Source of the DNA: an uncultured delta proteobacterium | GTDB taxonomy: Bacteria > Desulfobacterota > BSN033 > UBA1163 | Assembly: GCA_963827685.1 (NCBI GenBank) | Contig: CAWHBU010000002.1 | Span: 896,001-960,000 of the forward strand | DNA length: 64,000 nt | Direction: 5' to 3' | Part shown: positions 9,671 to 19,359 of the stretch, piece by piece | Position numbering within the stretch: position 1 is the stretch's first letter | Layout of the letters: each line of letters opens with the position of its first letter | Program-made: the position numbers and the translations under genes | Notes under the pieces: model-generated | Told to the model about the DNA's origin: nothing | What the model saw: the letters and a program-made list of their open reading frames with translations, nothing else | The model's database searches: none

Positions 9671-10410
9671 AGATCGAGAACTTCAGCGCCGTTTTCGGCG
9701 AAAATCAGATTTTAAAAGGGATCAACCTTTCGATATCCCGCAACAGAATTACGGCTATTATGGGGCCATCGGGGTGTGGCAAAACCACACTCATTCGTTG
9801 TATCAACCGGATGCACGAGTTAATCCCCGATGCCAAGGTCTCCGGCAAGATTTTTTTGGACAATGAAGATATCTATACTACGGATCCCATCATCGTGCGG
9901 AAGCAAATTGGGATGGTTTTCCAGAAGCCCAATCCATTTCCCACGATGAGTATTTATGACAATGTGATTGCAGGATATAACCTGAACGGAATCCGTCTGG
10001 CCAAAAATGAGAGGGACAGAGTTGTCGAAGAGTCGTTGCGGAAGGCGGCCCTTTGGGAAGAGGTCAATGGGGCACTCCACAGGAGGGGAACCTTTCTCTC
10101 CGGCGGGCAGCAGCAGCGGCTCTGTATCGCCCGTGCCCTTGCCATGGGGCCTGCGGTCCTTCTCCTCGATGAACCCACTTCCGCCTTGGATCCAAAGGCA
10201 ACTTCGCATATTGAAGAGTTGCTTGCCCAACTCAAGAATAACGTGACAATTATGCTCGTTACCCACAACATGGCTCAGGCCGCCCGCGTTTCTGACTATA
10301 CCGCCTTTCTCTACCTTGGTGAGCTCATCGAGTTTGGGTCCACTGAAACCATATTTACCGCTCCGAAGGATAAGAAGACCGAGGACTATCTTACCGGGAA
10401 ATTTGGTTAG
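9652..10410 (+). CDS. pstB: Phosphate ABC ATPase
   Basis: GPSGCGKT, FQKPNPFP, LSGGQQQRL, LLDEP, YLTGKFG. Confidence 0.95.
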   Translation: MESAVLKIENFSAVFGENQILKGINLSISRNRITAIMGPSGCGKTTLIRCINRMHELIPDAKVSGKIFLDNEDIYTTDPIIVRKQIGMVFQKPNPFPTMSIYDNVIAGYNLNGIRLAKNERDRVVEESLRKAALWEEVNGALHRRGTFLSGGQQQRLCIARALAMGPAVLLLDEPTSALDPKATSHIEELLAQLKNNVTIMLVTHNMAQAARVSDYTAFLYLGELIEFGSTETIFTAPKDKKTEDYLTGKFG

Positions 10411-10429
10411 AGAGGAGGCTTTCGTAAAG

Positions 10430-11116
10430 ATGGAGACCCATTTCCAAAAGGAGTTGGAAGAACTGAAGGAAAACCTCTTAAAGATGGCGGCTCTTGTGGA
10501 AGAAGCGATCCGCGGTGCTGTCCAATCATTGGTCAAAAGGGATTCCGAACTTGCCAAAAAGACATTTAAGAGAGAGGATCGCATTAATGCCATGGAGATT
10601 GCTATTGAGGATACGTGTTTGAAGCTCCTCGCCTTGAGGCAGCCCATGGCCGCCGACCTTCGGTTCATCACTTCTGCCATGAAGATTATCACTGATTTAG
10701 AACGAATGGGTGACCAAGCTGTCAACATCGCCGAACGAGCGATATCCTTAAATCAGGAACCTCAGCTCAAACCTTATATCGATATTCCCCGGATGGCTGA
10801 GATCGCCCAATCGATGGTGAAGGATGTCCTGGATGCTTTTGTAAACCGAGACTCCAAACTGGCTCGTTCAGTGTGTGAAAGAGATGACTTGGTCGACGGG
10901 TTAAACGATCAAGTGGTGAGAGAACTCCTTACCTATATGATGTCCGATCCAAAGACCATTACCCGAGAAGTCCACCTGATGATCGTCGCCCGATGTCTGG
11001 AGAGAATTGCAGACCATGCCACGAATATTGCTGAAGATGTGATCTTTATGGTAGATGCTTTGGTGATCAAACATCATGCCGATACCAAAGAAAATGGAAA
11101 AGGAGATAGCTTATGA
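10430..11116 (+). CDS. phoU: Phosphate signalling protein PhoU (copy 1)
   Basis: QPMAADLR, DLERMGD, LERIADHATNIAE. Confidence 0.95.
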   Translation: METHFQKELEELKENLLKMAALVEEAIRGAVQSLVKRDSELAKKTFKREDRINAMEIAIEDTCLKLLALRQPMAADLRFITSAMKIITDLERMGDQAVNIAERAISLNQEPQLKPYIDIPRMAEIAQSMVKDVLDAFVNRDSKLARSVCERDDLVDGLNDQVVRELLTYMMSDPKTITREVHLMIVARCLERIADHATNIAEDVIFMVDALVIKHHADTKENGKGDSL

Positions 11117-11544
11117 TCAAGGCCAAAGTCCTTTTCTTATGCACTGGCAATTCCGCGCGTAGTCAAATGGCTGAAGCATTTCTTAAGAAGTACGGTGGGG
11201 ACCAGTACGATGCCTACAGCGCTGGAACTGAACCGAAAGGCGTCAATCCATACACTGAGCGCGTCATGGAGGAACTCGGAATAAATCTCAGCGGTCAACA
11301 CTCCAAACATGTCAAGGAATATATGGGAAAGGTGCACTTTGGATACTTGATTACCATGTGCGACGAAGCTGAAGAAAACTGTCCCACCACATTTCCCGGA
11401 ATCACTCAAAGATTAAAGTGGTCCTTTGAAGATCCTGCGGCAATCATGGGATCCGATGACAAAAAGTTGGCGAAATTTCGAGAAGTGAGAGACAAGATAG
11501 AAGAACGAATCAAATCCTGGCTTTCCGAAAAGCAGTCCGGATAA
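11113..11544 (+). CDS. arsC: Arsenate reductase (thioredoxin-coupled, LMW-PTP fold)
   Basis: CTGNSARSQMAE P-loop, C-x6-CP resolving cysteines, FEDP. Confidence 0.85.
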   Translation: MIKAKVLFLCTGNSARSQMAEAFLKKYGGDQYDAYSAGTEPKGVNPYTERVMEELGINLSGQHSKHVKEYMGKVHFGYLITMCDEAEENCPTTFPGITQRLKWSFEDPAAIMGSDDKKLAKFREVRDKIEERIKSWLSEKQSG

Positions 11545-11737
11545 TTTCCCATCCTCTTTTTTTCTGATTCCTTTCTCTCCGGATAATCCTCCTCTATTTC
11601 TCCGCCCTACCCTCTTCTCTTCAAAGAATAGCTGTTTATACCCACTCCTAAAATAATATTACGAATCCACTTGATCAGAAGATCATAATTTGGTAATTTC
11701 AAACAAACAGAATCATGATCTTTAAGAAAGTATCCTG

Positions 11738-12508
11738 ATGACAGAATCCAATTCGGTTGTAAAGATGGAGACACGAGGCCTTGATTTTTATTACGGGTCT
11801 AACCATGCCCTCAAGAATATCAATATCATTATCAGAGAGTGCCAGATCACTGCCTTGATCGGGCCTTCTGGATGCGGAAAATCTACTTTTCTCAGAACCC
11901 TTAACCGCCTCAATGAACTCATCCCTCAAACCCGTATTGAAGGGACGGTCACACTCGATGGTCAGGATATCTATCAGCCGGGTACGGATGTCGTCTCTCT
12001 CAGACAAAGAGTCGGTATGGTCTTTCAACGTCCAAACCCTTTTCCGAAAAGCATTTTCGAAAACGTTGCCTTTGGTCCGAGGGTGTTGGGAGTGTGCACG
12101 AAGAGGGAAAATGAAGAAAAAGTGGAGCAGAGCCTTAAGGCGGCAGCACTCTGGCCAGAAGTGTCAGACCGTCTCCATGCCAATGCTTTGGGCCTCACCT
12201 TAGGGCAACAGCAACGCCTCTGTATCGCGCGCGTGTTAGCCGTTCAACCCGAAGTCATTCTGATGGATGAACCCTGCTCTGCCTTAGATCCTCAAGCCAC
12301 GCTTAAGATCGAAGAGTTAATGCAGGAGTTAAAAAAGAACTATACCATCGTCATTGTCACCCACAACATGCAACAAGCGGCCCGCACCTCTGATTGGACA
12401 GGATTTTTTCATCTGGGGGAATTATTAGAATATGCTACAACAGAGGACATTTTTACACGTCCTGAAAACCCCCAAACTGAAAATTATGTGACAGGAAGAT
12501 ATGGGTAA
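11738..12508 (+). CDS. pstB: Phosphate ABC ATPase (second system; signature LTLGQ)
   Basis: [29 protein letters not shown]. Confidence 0.9.
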   Translation: MTESNSVVKMETRGLDFYYGSNHALKNINIIIRECQITALIGPSGCGKSTFLRTLNRLNELIPQTRIEGTVTLDGQDIYQPGTDVVSLRQRVGMVFQRPNPFPKSIFENVAFGPRVLGVCTKRENEEKVEQSLKAAALWPEVSDRLHANALGLTLGQQQRLCIARVLAVQPEVILMDEPCSALDPQATLKIEELMQELKKNYTIVIVTHNMQQAARTSDWTGFFHLGELLEYATTEDIFTRPENPQTENYVTGRYG

Positions 12509-12564
12509 TTAAGACTGCGAGATGCGGATTGCGGAATTAGAGATCATTGCAAGAAAACTATGAC

Positions 12565-12824
12565 AAGCACCAGATTACAAACACCAAATTGCAAACAATT
12601 TCTACCTCATGAATTTAATCCCCCCTTCCCCCCTTTAGCAAAGGGGGGTGGGGGGGGGATTTGGTCATTGGAATTTGAAGGTTGGAATTTATTTGGAATT
12701 TGGCCTGCCTGCGCGTAGCTTGTTTCTTGCGCTGGAGCCTCAGCGTAGACAAACCCGCCTGCACCCTGGAACCTCTGATTCATGGGGCGCTCCAGCGAAG
12801 GCAGGGATTTGGAATTTGGGATTT
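12565..12824. repeat. Nested repeat: heptamer-periodic inverted arms enclosing a C-rich/G-rich hairpin and a CCTGCC...GGCAGG insert
   Basis: Left arm AAGCACC AGATTAC AAACACC AAATTGC; hairpin 12617-12661; right arm TTGGTCA TTGGAAT...; insert 12704-12805. Confidence 0.8.
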
Positions 12825-13625
12825 CTCATATGCCTGCTCACTGTCCTTTTAGTTACTCCATTCAATGCGGGTTGCCAAAGATCCAAGGCAGGAATCACCG
12901 TGGCGGGTTCCACTTCCGTTGAGCCTTTTGCCGAATTATTAGCTGAGGAATATATGTCGCATCATCCTCAATCTCACATCTATGTTCAGGGTGGCGGATC
13001 CACGGCAGGCATAGAAGCTGTCATGACCCGTGCTGCAAACGTTGGGATGTCTTCACGCAATCTGACAGGCGACAAGAAGAAGCTCTACTCAGTAACCATT
13101 GCAAGGGATGCTATTGCAATCATCGTCAATCCAAAGAACCCTGTCCAAGATATTTCCTTGGATCAAATCACGCATATCTTTTCAGGAAAAATAAGGAATT
13201 GGAAGGAGTTGGGAGGGCCTTCTCATCCCATCGTACTGGTCACTCGGGAGGAAGGCTCGGGAACGAGGGAGGCTTTCCAGAAGTTTGTGATGGGAAAAGA
13301 GGATATCAGTCTTGAAGCCTTGGTCCAAGATTCCAATGGTGCGGTTCGCCAGGTCGTAGCAAGCAACCACAATGGCATCGGTTATATCTCGTTAGGTTTA
13401 GTCAATGACCAGGTGAGGGCGTTAAAGATTTCAGGCGTGGAACCCAATTTGACCGATATCGAGAATGGTAAATACACGCTGGTCCGGCCTTTCCTATTCG
13501 TTTTTAATGCTGAACCCACGGGGGAAGCAAAATCCTTTTTAGAATTTGTCTTGAGTCCATTGGCTCAAAAACTGCTTTTAAAAGAAGGCCTCGTACCCGT
13601 TCTCCTGAAAATTGCTAAGGAATAA
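12648..13625 (+). CDS. pstS: Phosphate ABC substrate-binding lipoprotein (second class); true start uncertain
   Basis: AGSTSV, GGGSTAG, GMSSR, REEGSGTR, lipobox-like NAGC; N-terminus is repeat-derived. Confidence 0.85.
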   Translation: MGGGFGHWNLKVGIYLEFGLPARSLFLALEPQRRQTRLHPGTSDSWGAPAKAGIWNLGFLICLLTVLLVTPFNAGCQRSKAGITVAGSTSVEPFAELLAEEYMSHHPQSHIYVQGGGSTAGIEAVMTRAANVGMSSRNLTGDKKKLYSVTIARDAIAIIVNPKNPVQDISLDQITHIFSGKIRNWKELGGPSHPIVLVTREEGSGTREAFQKFVMGKEDISLEALVQDSNGAVRQVVASNHNGIGYISLGLVNDQVRALKISGVEPNLTDIENGKYTLVRPFLFVFNAEPTGEAKSFLEFVLSPLAQKLLLKEGLVPVLLKIAKE

Positions 13626-13627
13626 TT

Positions 13628-14476
13628 ATGCAAGTCAAAGAGAAGATCATTGAAAAAACATTTCTTCTGATTGCCCTTTCATCAATTACTATACTGGCCT
13701 TGATCACTTTCTTCATTTTTGAAGAAGGACTTCCTTTGATCGTGAAGATTGGTCCCAAAGCATTCCTTCTCGGGGAGCGGTGGATTCCAAGTAAGGCTCT
13801 GTTTGGCATCTTCCCTATGATCGTCAGCTCTTTCTGGGTGACCATGGGGGCTCTGCTTTTAGGTATTCCTCTGGGATTGGCCTGTACGATTTTTTTATCG
13901 GAGTTGATTCCTCCTTCCGTAGGAATATTGCTGAGGCCTGCGATTCAGCTTCTTGCAGCCATTCCTTCGGTCATCTACGGTTTCTGGGGGCTGATCGTCC
14001 TTGTTCCCTTCATTCAAAATCATTTAGGAGGACCTGGGCTAAGCATCCTTGCAGGATCTCTGGTCTTAGGCTTCATGATCCTTCCCACCATTATCACGAT
14101 CTCAGAAGACTCTTTAAAAGCCCTTCCCCCCACTTATAAAGCAGGTGCACTTGCTTTAGGAGCAACACACTGGCAGACTATCTGGCGGGTGTTGATTCCA
14201 GCTGCCAAATCTGGAATTCTGGCGAGCATCATTTTAGGCATGGGCCGTGCCATCGGAGAGACCATGGCCATGATCATGATCCTGGGAAATGCGGTGAAAA
14301 TGCCAGCCTCATTCCTGGATTCAGCCAGGACACTTACCACCAATATCGGCATAGAAATGGGATATGCTTCCGGGGATCACCGGCAGGCCCTTTTTGCAAC
14401 GGGAATTGTTCTCTTCTTCATTATCATGGCTTTGAATACCCTGGCCATCTCTCTATCAAGAAGGAGAGTCCATTGA
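13628..14476 (+). CDS. pstC: Phosphate ABC permease (second system)
   Basis: LAAIPSVIYGFWG, GRAIGETMA. Confidence 0.95.
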   Translation: MQVKEKIIEKTFLLIALSSITILALITFFIFEEGLPLIVKIGPKAFLLGERWIPSKALFGIFPMIVSSFWVTMGALLLGIPLGLACTIFLSELIPPSVGILLRPAIQLLAAIPSVIYGFWGLIVLVPFIQNHLGGPGLSILAGSLVLGFMILPTIITISEDSLKALPPTYKAGALALGATHWQTIWRVLIPAAKSGILASIILGMGRAIGETMAMIMILGNAVKMPASFLDSARTLTTNIGIEMGYASGDHRQALFATGIVLFFIIMALNTLAISLSRRRVH

Positions 14477-15315
14477 TCAACAATCGTACTCGATATCTAA
14501 CGCAGGGCATTGCAAAAATTCTCATCTGGATGGGTGCCCTATCGACCATTGCGGTCATGATCTTGATTCTCGTCCAGATCCTAAGTGAGGGATTGCCTGT
14601 CCTTCATCTCCGTTTCTTTCTCGAATCTCCAAGAAGTATGGGCCGGGAGGGCGGTATCTTCTCCACCATCATTGGAACGATGGCTTTAACGGCTGTGGCC
14701 ATTTTTTTCGGTGCTCCTCTCGGAGTTGGGACAGCCGTCTTCCTGAGGGAGTACACAAGAGAAGGCAAGATCAGCCGCATTATTCGTTTTGGTACGGACT
14801 GCCTGGCTGGAGTACCCTCCATTATCTTTGGGTTGTTCGGGTTTGTCTTTTTTGTCATACGACTTAATATGGGATGGTCCATTCTTTCTGGTGGATTAAC
14901 TTTAGCCGCGATGATCTTACCTACGGTGATCAGCACCGCCGAAGAATCGATCAAGGCAATTCCCCTTTCCTACCGCGAAGTGAGTTATTCTCTGGGTGGA
15001 ACGAAGTGGCAGACGATCACCCGGGTGGTACTTCCCAACGCATTGCCGGGTATCTTTACAGGCATCCTACTCAGTATTGGAAGGAGTATCGGAGAGACCG
15101 CTGCAATCATTCTGACGGCTGGCTCCTCATTAGTGATGCCCACTTCTCTCTTCTCTCCCATCCGGACCATGTCCGTCCATTTTTACATCCTCGCCAGAGA
15201 GGGGATCTCCATGAAGATGGCTTACGGAACTGGAGCGGCTTTGATTTTGCTGGTTCTGATCATCAACGTCATCGCTCAATGGTTGATCAACCGGTATATC
15301 CGACATCGGACATAA
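14473..15315 (+). CDS. pstA: Phosphate ABC permease (second system)
   Basis: LAGVPSIIFGLFG, GRSIGETAA. Confidence 0.95.
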   Translation: MINNRTRYLTQGIAKILIWMGALSTIAVMILILVQILSEGLPVLHLRFFLESPRSMGREGGIFSTIIGTMALTAVAIFFGAPLGVGTAVFLREYTREGKISRIIRFGTDCLAGVPSIIFGLFGFVFFVIRLNMGWSILSGGLTLAAMILPTVISTAEESIKAIPLSYREVSYSLGGTKWQTITRVVLPNALPGIFTGILLSIGRSIGETAAIILTAGSSLVMPTSLFSPIRTMSVHFYILAREGISMKMAYGTGAALILLVLIINVIAQWLINRYIRHRT

Positions 15316-15324
15316 AGGAGTTTT

Positions 15325-16086
15325 ATGTCTCAAGGGAACAAGATCTTCATCAAGGATTTCAGTTTCTATTACGAATCCTTTCAGGCCCTTCGCAATATCA
15401 ATCTCGATATCCGACCTAAGGAGATATTTACCGTCTTCGGTCCGGCTCGAAGTGGAAAAACGACGCTCCTAAAAAGCATGAATCGTCTAACGGATCTGGT
15501 CTTTGGAGCCAGGCACACTGGAGGCATTTTTTTAGATGGAACGGATATCTATGATCCCAAGGTGGATATCACGCATCTCAGGAGACGAATTGGGATGGTT
15601 TTCGATCTCCCCACTCCGCTCCCTATATCTATTTTCGATAATGTGGCTTATGGCCCCAAACTCAACAAAATGATTTATAAGAGGCGCCTGGCTGAAATCG
15701 TGGAAAAAGCCCTGAGGTCTGCTGCGCTTTGGGAGGAGGTCAAAGACCGGCTCCATACCTCAGCCCTTCGGCTCTCCGGGGGACAACAGCAGCGCCTCTG
15801 TATCGCCCGGATCTTGGCTTTGGAACCGGAAGTTCTCCTGCTTGATGAGCCGTGTTCGGGATTGGATCCCATCTCGACAGCCAGCATTGAGGAAACTCTC
15901 ATTCAATTGAAAAAAGACTACACCATCATTCTGGTGCCTCATAACGTTCAACAAGCCTCCCGGGTGGCTGACCGGGCAGGATTTTTTTTGAATGGCGAGT
16001 TGGTTGAAGAAGGGCCGGTTTATCAAATTTTTACCAAACCCAAAGATAAGCGAACTGAAGATTACGTTACTGGACGTTTCGGTTAG
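15325..16086 (+). CDS. pstB: Phosphate ABC ATPase (second system; divergent Walker A/Q-loop)
   Basis: GPARSGKTT, LSGGQQQRL, LLDEP, YVTGRFG. Confidence 0.9.
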   Translation: MSQGNKIFIKDFSFYYESFQALRNINLDIRPKEIFTVFGPARSGKTTLLKSMNRLTDLVFGARHTGGIFLDGTDIYDPKVDITHLRRRIGMVFDLPTPLPISIFDNVAYGPKLNKMIYKRRLAEIVEKALRSAALWEEVKDRLHTSALRLSGGQQQRLCIARILALEPEVLLLDEPCSGLDPISTASIEETLIQLKKDYTIILVPHNVQQASRVADRAGFFLNGELVEEGPVYQIFTKPKDKRTEDYVTGRFG

Positions 16087-16231
16087 CCAGTCTTGAACTG
16101 GCTCGATTACACAGATTCAAAAAGCAGATTACACAGATGGAAGCGAAAGATCACCTTCCAGAACGCATCATTGGCTCCTGTTTTGATCTTTCAATCCGTG
16201 AAATTAGGGTCAACCATACCAGGAGGGCAAA

Positions 16232-16912
16232 ATGGCTACAGAAACTCATTTTCAAAAAGAATTAGAGGAATTGAAAGAGAATCTCCTAAAGATGGCGGCG
16301 ATGGTAGAAGAGGCCATCCGTGATTCCGTCCAATCTCTGGTCAAAAGAGATTCTGATCTTGCCAAAAAAACGTTTGAGTTTGAAGACCGAATTAACAAAT
16401 TGGAAATCCTGATAGATGATATGTGTATAAAACTTCTCGCTTTAAGACAACCCATGGCAACAGACCTCCGCTTTATCACCTCGGCGATGAAGATAATCAC
16501 CGATCTCGAAAGAATGGGTGACCAGGCAGTCAATATTTCCGAGCGCGCCCTCTCATTAAACCAGGAACCCCAGCTCAAACCCTATATCGATATTCCCCGG
16601 ATGGCTGAGATTGCCCAAACGATGGTCAAGGACGTCTTAGATGCTTTTGTAAACCGAGACTCCACGCTGGCCCGATCCGTCTGCGTAAGGGATGATCTGG
16701 TCGATGGGTTAAATGACCAGGTAGTGCGGGAACTCCTCACCTATATGGTGTCCGATCCAAAGACCATTGCTCGAGCCGTCCACCTTATGATCGTTGCCCG
16801 ATGTCTGGAGAGAATTGCCGACCATGCCACGAATATTGCTGAAGATGTGATCTTTATGGTGGATGCTCTCGTTATCAAGCACCATGCGGATGAGAAAGGT
16901 GAAGAATCGTGA
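16232..16912 (+). CDS. phoU: PhoU (copy 2)
   Basis: Near-identical protein to 10430-11116. Confidence 0.95.
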   Translation: MATETHFQKELEELKENLLKMAAMVEEAIRDSVQSLVKRDSDLAKKTFEFEDRINKLEILIDDMCIKLLALRQPMATDLRFITSAMKIITDLERMGDQAVNISERALSLNQEPQLKPYIDIPRMAEIAQTMVKDVLDAFVNRDSTLARSVCVRDDLVDGLNDQVVRELLTYMVSDPKTIARAVHLMIVARCLERIADHATNIAEDVIFMVDALVIKHHADEKGEES

Positions 16913-16913
16913 A

Positions 16914-17050
16914 AAAGCACCAAGTTCCAATCTCCAAATCACAAATAAATCACAATCACCAAATTCGAAATTCCAAACAAAATCGTTTCGGTCATTCGGT
17001 AATTGTATATTGGAATTTATTTGAGATTTGGGATTTGTCATTTGGAGTTT
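16914..17050. repeat. Heptamer-periodic inverted-arm element (no insert)
   Basis: AAGCACC AAGTTCC AATCTCC AAATCAC... / ...TTGAGAT TTGGGAT TTGTCAT TTGGAGT. Confidence 0.8.
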
Positions 17051-17066
17051 AAGGGAGACCAAACCC

Positions 17067-17423
17067 ATGCGACCGAGGTTTGATACTGATCCACAAGTCC
17101 TCAAGAAACAGGTGATCCTTGAAACCTACCGATCGAGAGGGCCAGGCGGGCAGAGGAAGAATAAGGTTGAAACGGCAGTCCGCTTAAAGCATCTCCCTTC
17201 CGGGGTCACAGCGGTGGCTACGGAACATCGATCCCAGTCAGAAAATCGAAAGCTCGCCTTTGAAAGGCTTCGTGAGCGCCTGATTAAGTTGAATCGGCCA
17301 AGGAGACGCCGAATACCCACCTCACTCCCTTTGGGTGCCGTTGAAAAAAGAATGGAAGAAAAAAAGATTCGCTCCACAAAGAAACATTTGAGACAAAAAC
17401 CCCTAAAAGAGTTGGAGGAGTAA
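17067..17423 (+). CDS. Peptide chain release factor-like protein (ArfB-like)
   Basis: RSRGPGGQRKNKVETAVRL, RSQSENR, basic C-terminal tail. Confidence 0.85.
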   Translation: MRPRFDTDPQVLKKQVILETYRSRGPGGQRKNKVETAVRLKHLPSGVTAVATEHRSQSENRKLAFERLRERLIKLNRPRRRRIPTSLPLGAVEKRMEEKKIRSTKKHLRQKPLKELEE

Positions 17424-17458
17424 AATTAGAGAAGATCCAGCCAGTTGAAAGGAAGATA

Positions 17459-17884
17459 ATGGACAATAAGGTAAAAGAAGCGATCTTCAGAAAAGTGGAA
17501 ACTGAACCTTTTGTTCAAAAGTTCGGAATCAAACTTTTGGACCTGGATGAAGGATATTCCAAGGTGGAAATGAAATTCACTCCCGATATGGAAAATATCT
17601 TGGGCATGGCCCACGGTGGAGCGTTATTCGCCTTGATTGATGAGGCGTTTGAAACCGCTTCAAACTCCCATGGGACTGTGGCAGTGGCTTTGAACATGAA
17701 CATTGCCTATGTGTCTTCCCCTCCCCTTGGAAGCAGATTGGTCGCTGAGGCACGGGAGTTTAATCGGACCCATAGGACTGCTGGCTACGAAATCAAGGTA
17801 CTTGATGAACGCAAAAATCTGATCGCCTCTTGTCAGGCCCTGGTCTACCGAAAAGATGAGAAGCTTCCCTTCCTCAAAGACTAA
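17459..17884 (+). CDS. PaaI-family hotdog thioesterase
   Basis: NILGMAHGGALFALID. Confidence 0.9.
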   Translation: MDNKVKEAIFRKVETEPFVQKFGIKLLDLDEGYSKVEMKFTPDMENILGMAHGGALFALIDEAFETASNSHGTVAVALNMNIAYVSSPPLGSRLVAEAREFNRTHRTAGYEIKVLDERKNLIASCQALVYRKDEKLPFLKD

Positions 17885-17933
17885 AAAAGGGGTTAGAAGC
17901 ATTCTTCGCGTCTCCCAACCCCTCGGATTGTTT

Positions 17934-18010
<77 letters not shown>

Positions 18011-18177
18011 ATCTAATGATCTAATCATTTCTAATCCATCCATAATAATTTGTCAACCCTTTCGACTTCCTTATCTAACCAAAGATGAAGTGATCAGTGT
18101 TGACAACCCCCCATCCGTCCCGTAGAATACGTTGAAAACATGCTGAAAGGCAGATGTGCCAATATGACAAAATTTTT

Positions 18178-19359
18178 ATGAAGAAAACCATTACCCTTTA
18201 CATCTTAGAGGAAATTCTCCCTATTTTTTTCATCGGCCTGATGACCTTCACGATTATCCTTCTGATGGATAAAATCTTCAAGCTGATCGAATTGATTATC
18301 AATAGGGGTGGAAATGTTACGAACATCTTGATGCTCCTGGTCTTCATCGCCCCTTCTTTTCTCACCTTTACTATCCCCACGTCACTCCTTCTCGGAATTC
18401 TTCTCACCTTTGGTCGGCTATCGGGAGATAGTGAAATTACTGCCTTCAAAGCTTCAGGAATCAGTCTTTATCAGCTTTATATCCCCGTCGCTCTTTTTTC
18501 CATCAGTGCCTTTCTCGTCACAGGTTTCTTAGTCTTCTACGGCCTCCCATGGGGCAACCGTGGCTTTATATCCACACTCTCTCTCATTGCCCAATCTAAG
18601 CCGGACGTTGAAGTCAAGGAGCGAGTTTTCAACGACAGCTTCAAAGGCCTCGTGGTCTATGTGGACAAAGTTCCCATGCAAGGGAAAAAAATGGAGGGGA
18701 TTTTGATTTATGATGAAAGAGAGAGTGCGAATGTCAGTACCATCTTTGCTCAAGAAGGTTTTCTCGTCAGCAATCCCTCATCTCAAGAAGTGGTATTAAT
18801 GCTGCTCAATGGAAATATTCATCGGTTTGAACCCCAGACCAAGGCATATCGAAAAATACAATTTGACGCCTATGATCTAAAAATTGAATTTGGGAAGACC
18901 ATCGCTGACATTCAAAGGAAGCTTAAAGAACATGAGATGTCGATTGGTGAGATCAAAGAAAAGATAGAAAAGATGAAGAAAGAAGGCGAAGACCCTACGC
19001 CTCAGGAGGTAGAACTCCACAAACGATATGCCATTCCCTTTGCCTGCATCGTTTTTGGCCTCATTGGCGTCCCTCTGGGAATTCAACCCCGACGTTCAGG
19101 AAGATCGTACGGGTTCGTCTTCAGCATTCTCATCTTGTTGGCTTACTATGTTTCCCTCATCGCCTTCGAAATGCTCGCTGTGAGAAAAGCGATGCCCGCC
19201 TTCGTGGCAGGTTGGTTTCCTACCTTCCTGTTCGGGGCTCTGGGTATTTACCTTCTGATTAAGGCGGCGAATGAATCACCTTTCAAGCCGGCTGTATGGG
19301 TGATCGAAAGTCTCGATCTCCTCCAGAAAAAATGGAGAAAGCCTTTTGACCATGTTTAA
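18178..19359 (+). CDS. lptF: LPS export ABC permease LptF
   Basis: GRLSGDSEITAFKASGIS, multi-TM, tandem with lptG. Confidence 0.9.
   Translation: MKKTITLYILEEILPIFFIGLMTFTIILLMDKIFKLIELIINRGGNVTNILMLLVFIAPSFLTFTIPTSLLLGILLTFGRLSGDSEITAFKASGISLYQLYIPVALFSISAFLVTGFLVFYGLPWGNRGFISTLSLIAQSKPDVEVKERVFNDSFKGLVVYVDKVPMQGKKMEGILIYDERESANVSTIFAQEGFLVSNPSSQEVVLMLLNGNIHRFEPQTKAYRKIQFDAYDLKIEFGKTIADIQRKLKEHEMSIGEIKEKIEKMKKEGEDPTPQEVELHKRYAIPFACIVFGLIGVPLGIQPRRSGRSYGFVFSILILLAYYVSLIAFEMLAVRKAMPAFVAGWFPTFLFGALGIYLLIKAANESPFKPAVWVIESLDLLQKKWRKPFDHV

Noticed and set aside
9820-10728. Long antisense ORFs (also 32253-32951, 48604-49380 and many shorter ones)
   Set aside because: Shadows of well-supported genes on the opposite strand; no motifs
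16914-17050. Periodic repeats as a CRISPR array
   Set aside because: Units are 6-7 bp and degenerate, with no unique spacers and no cas genes
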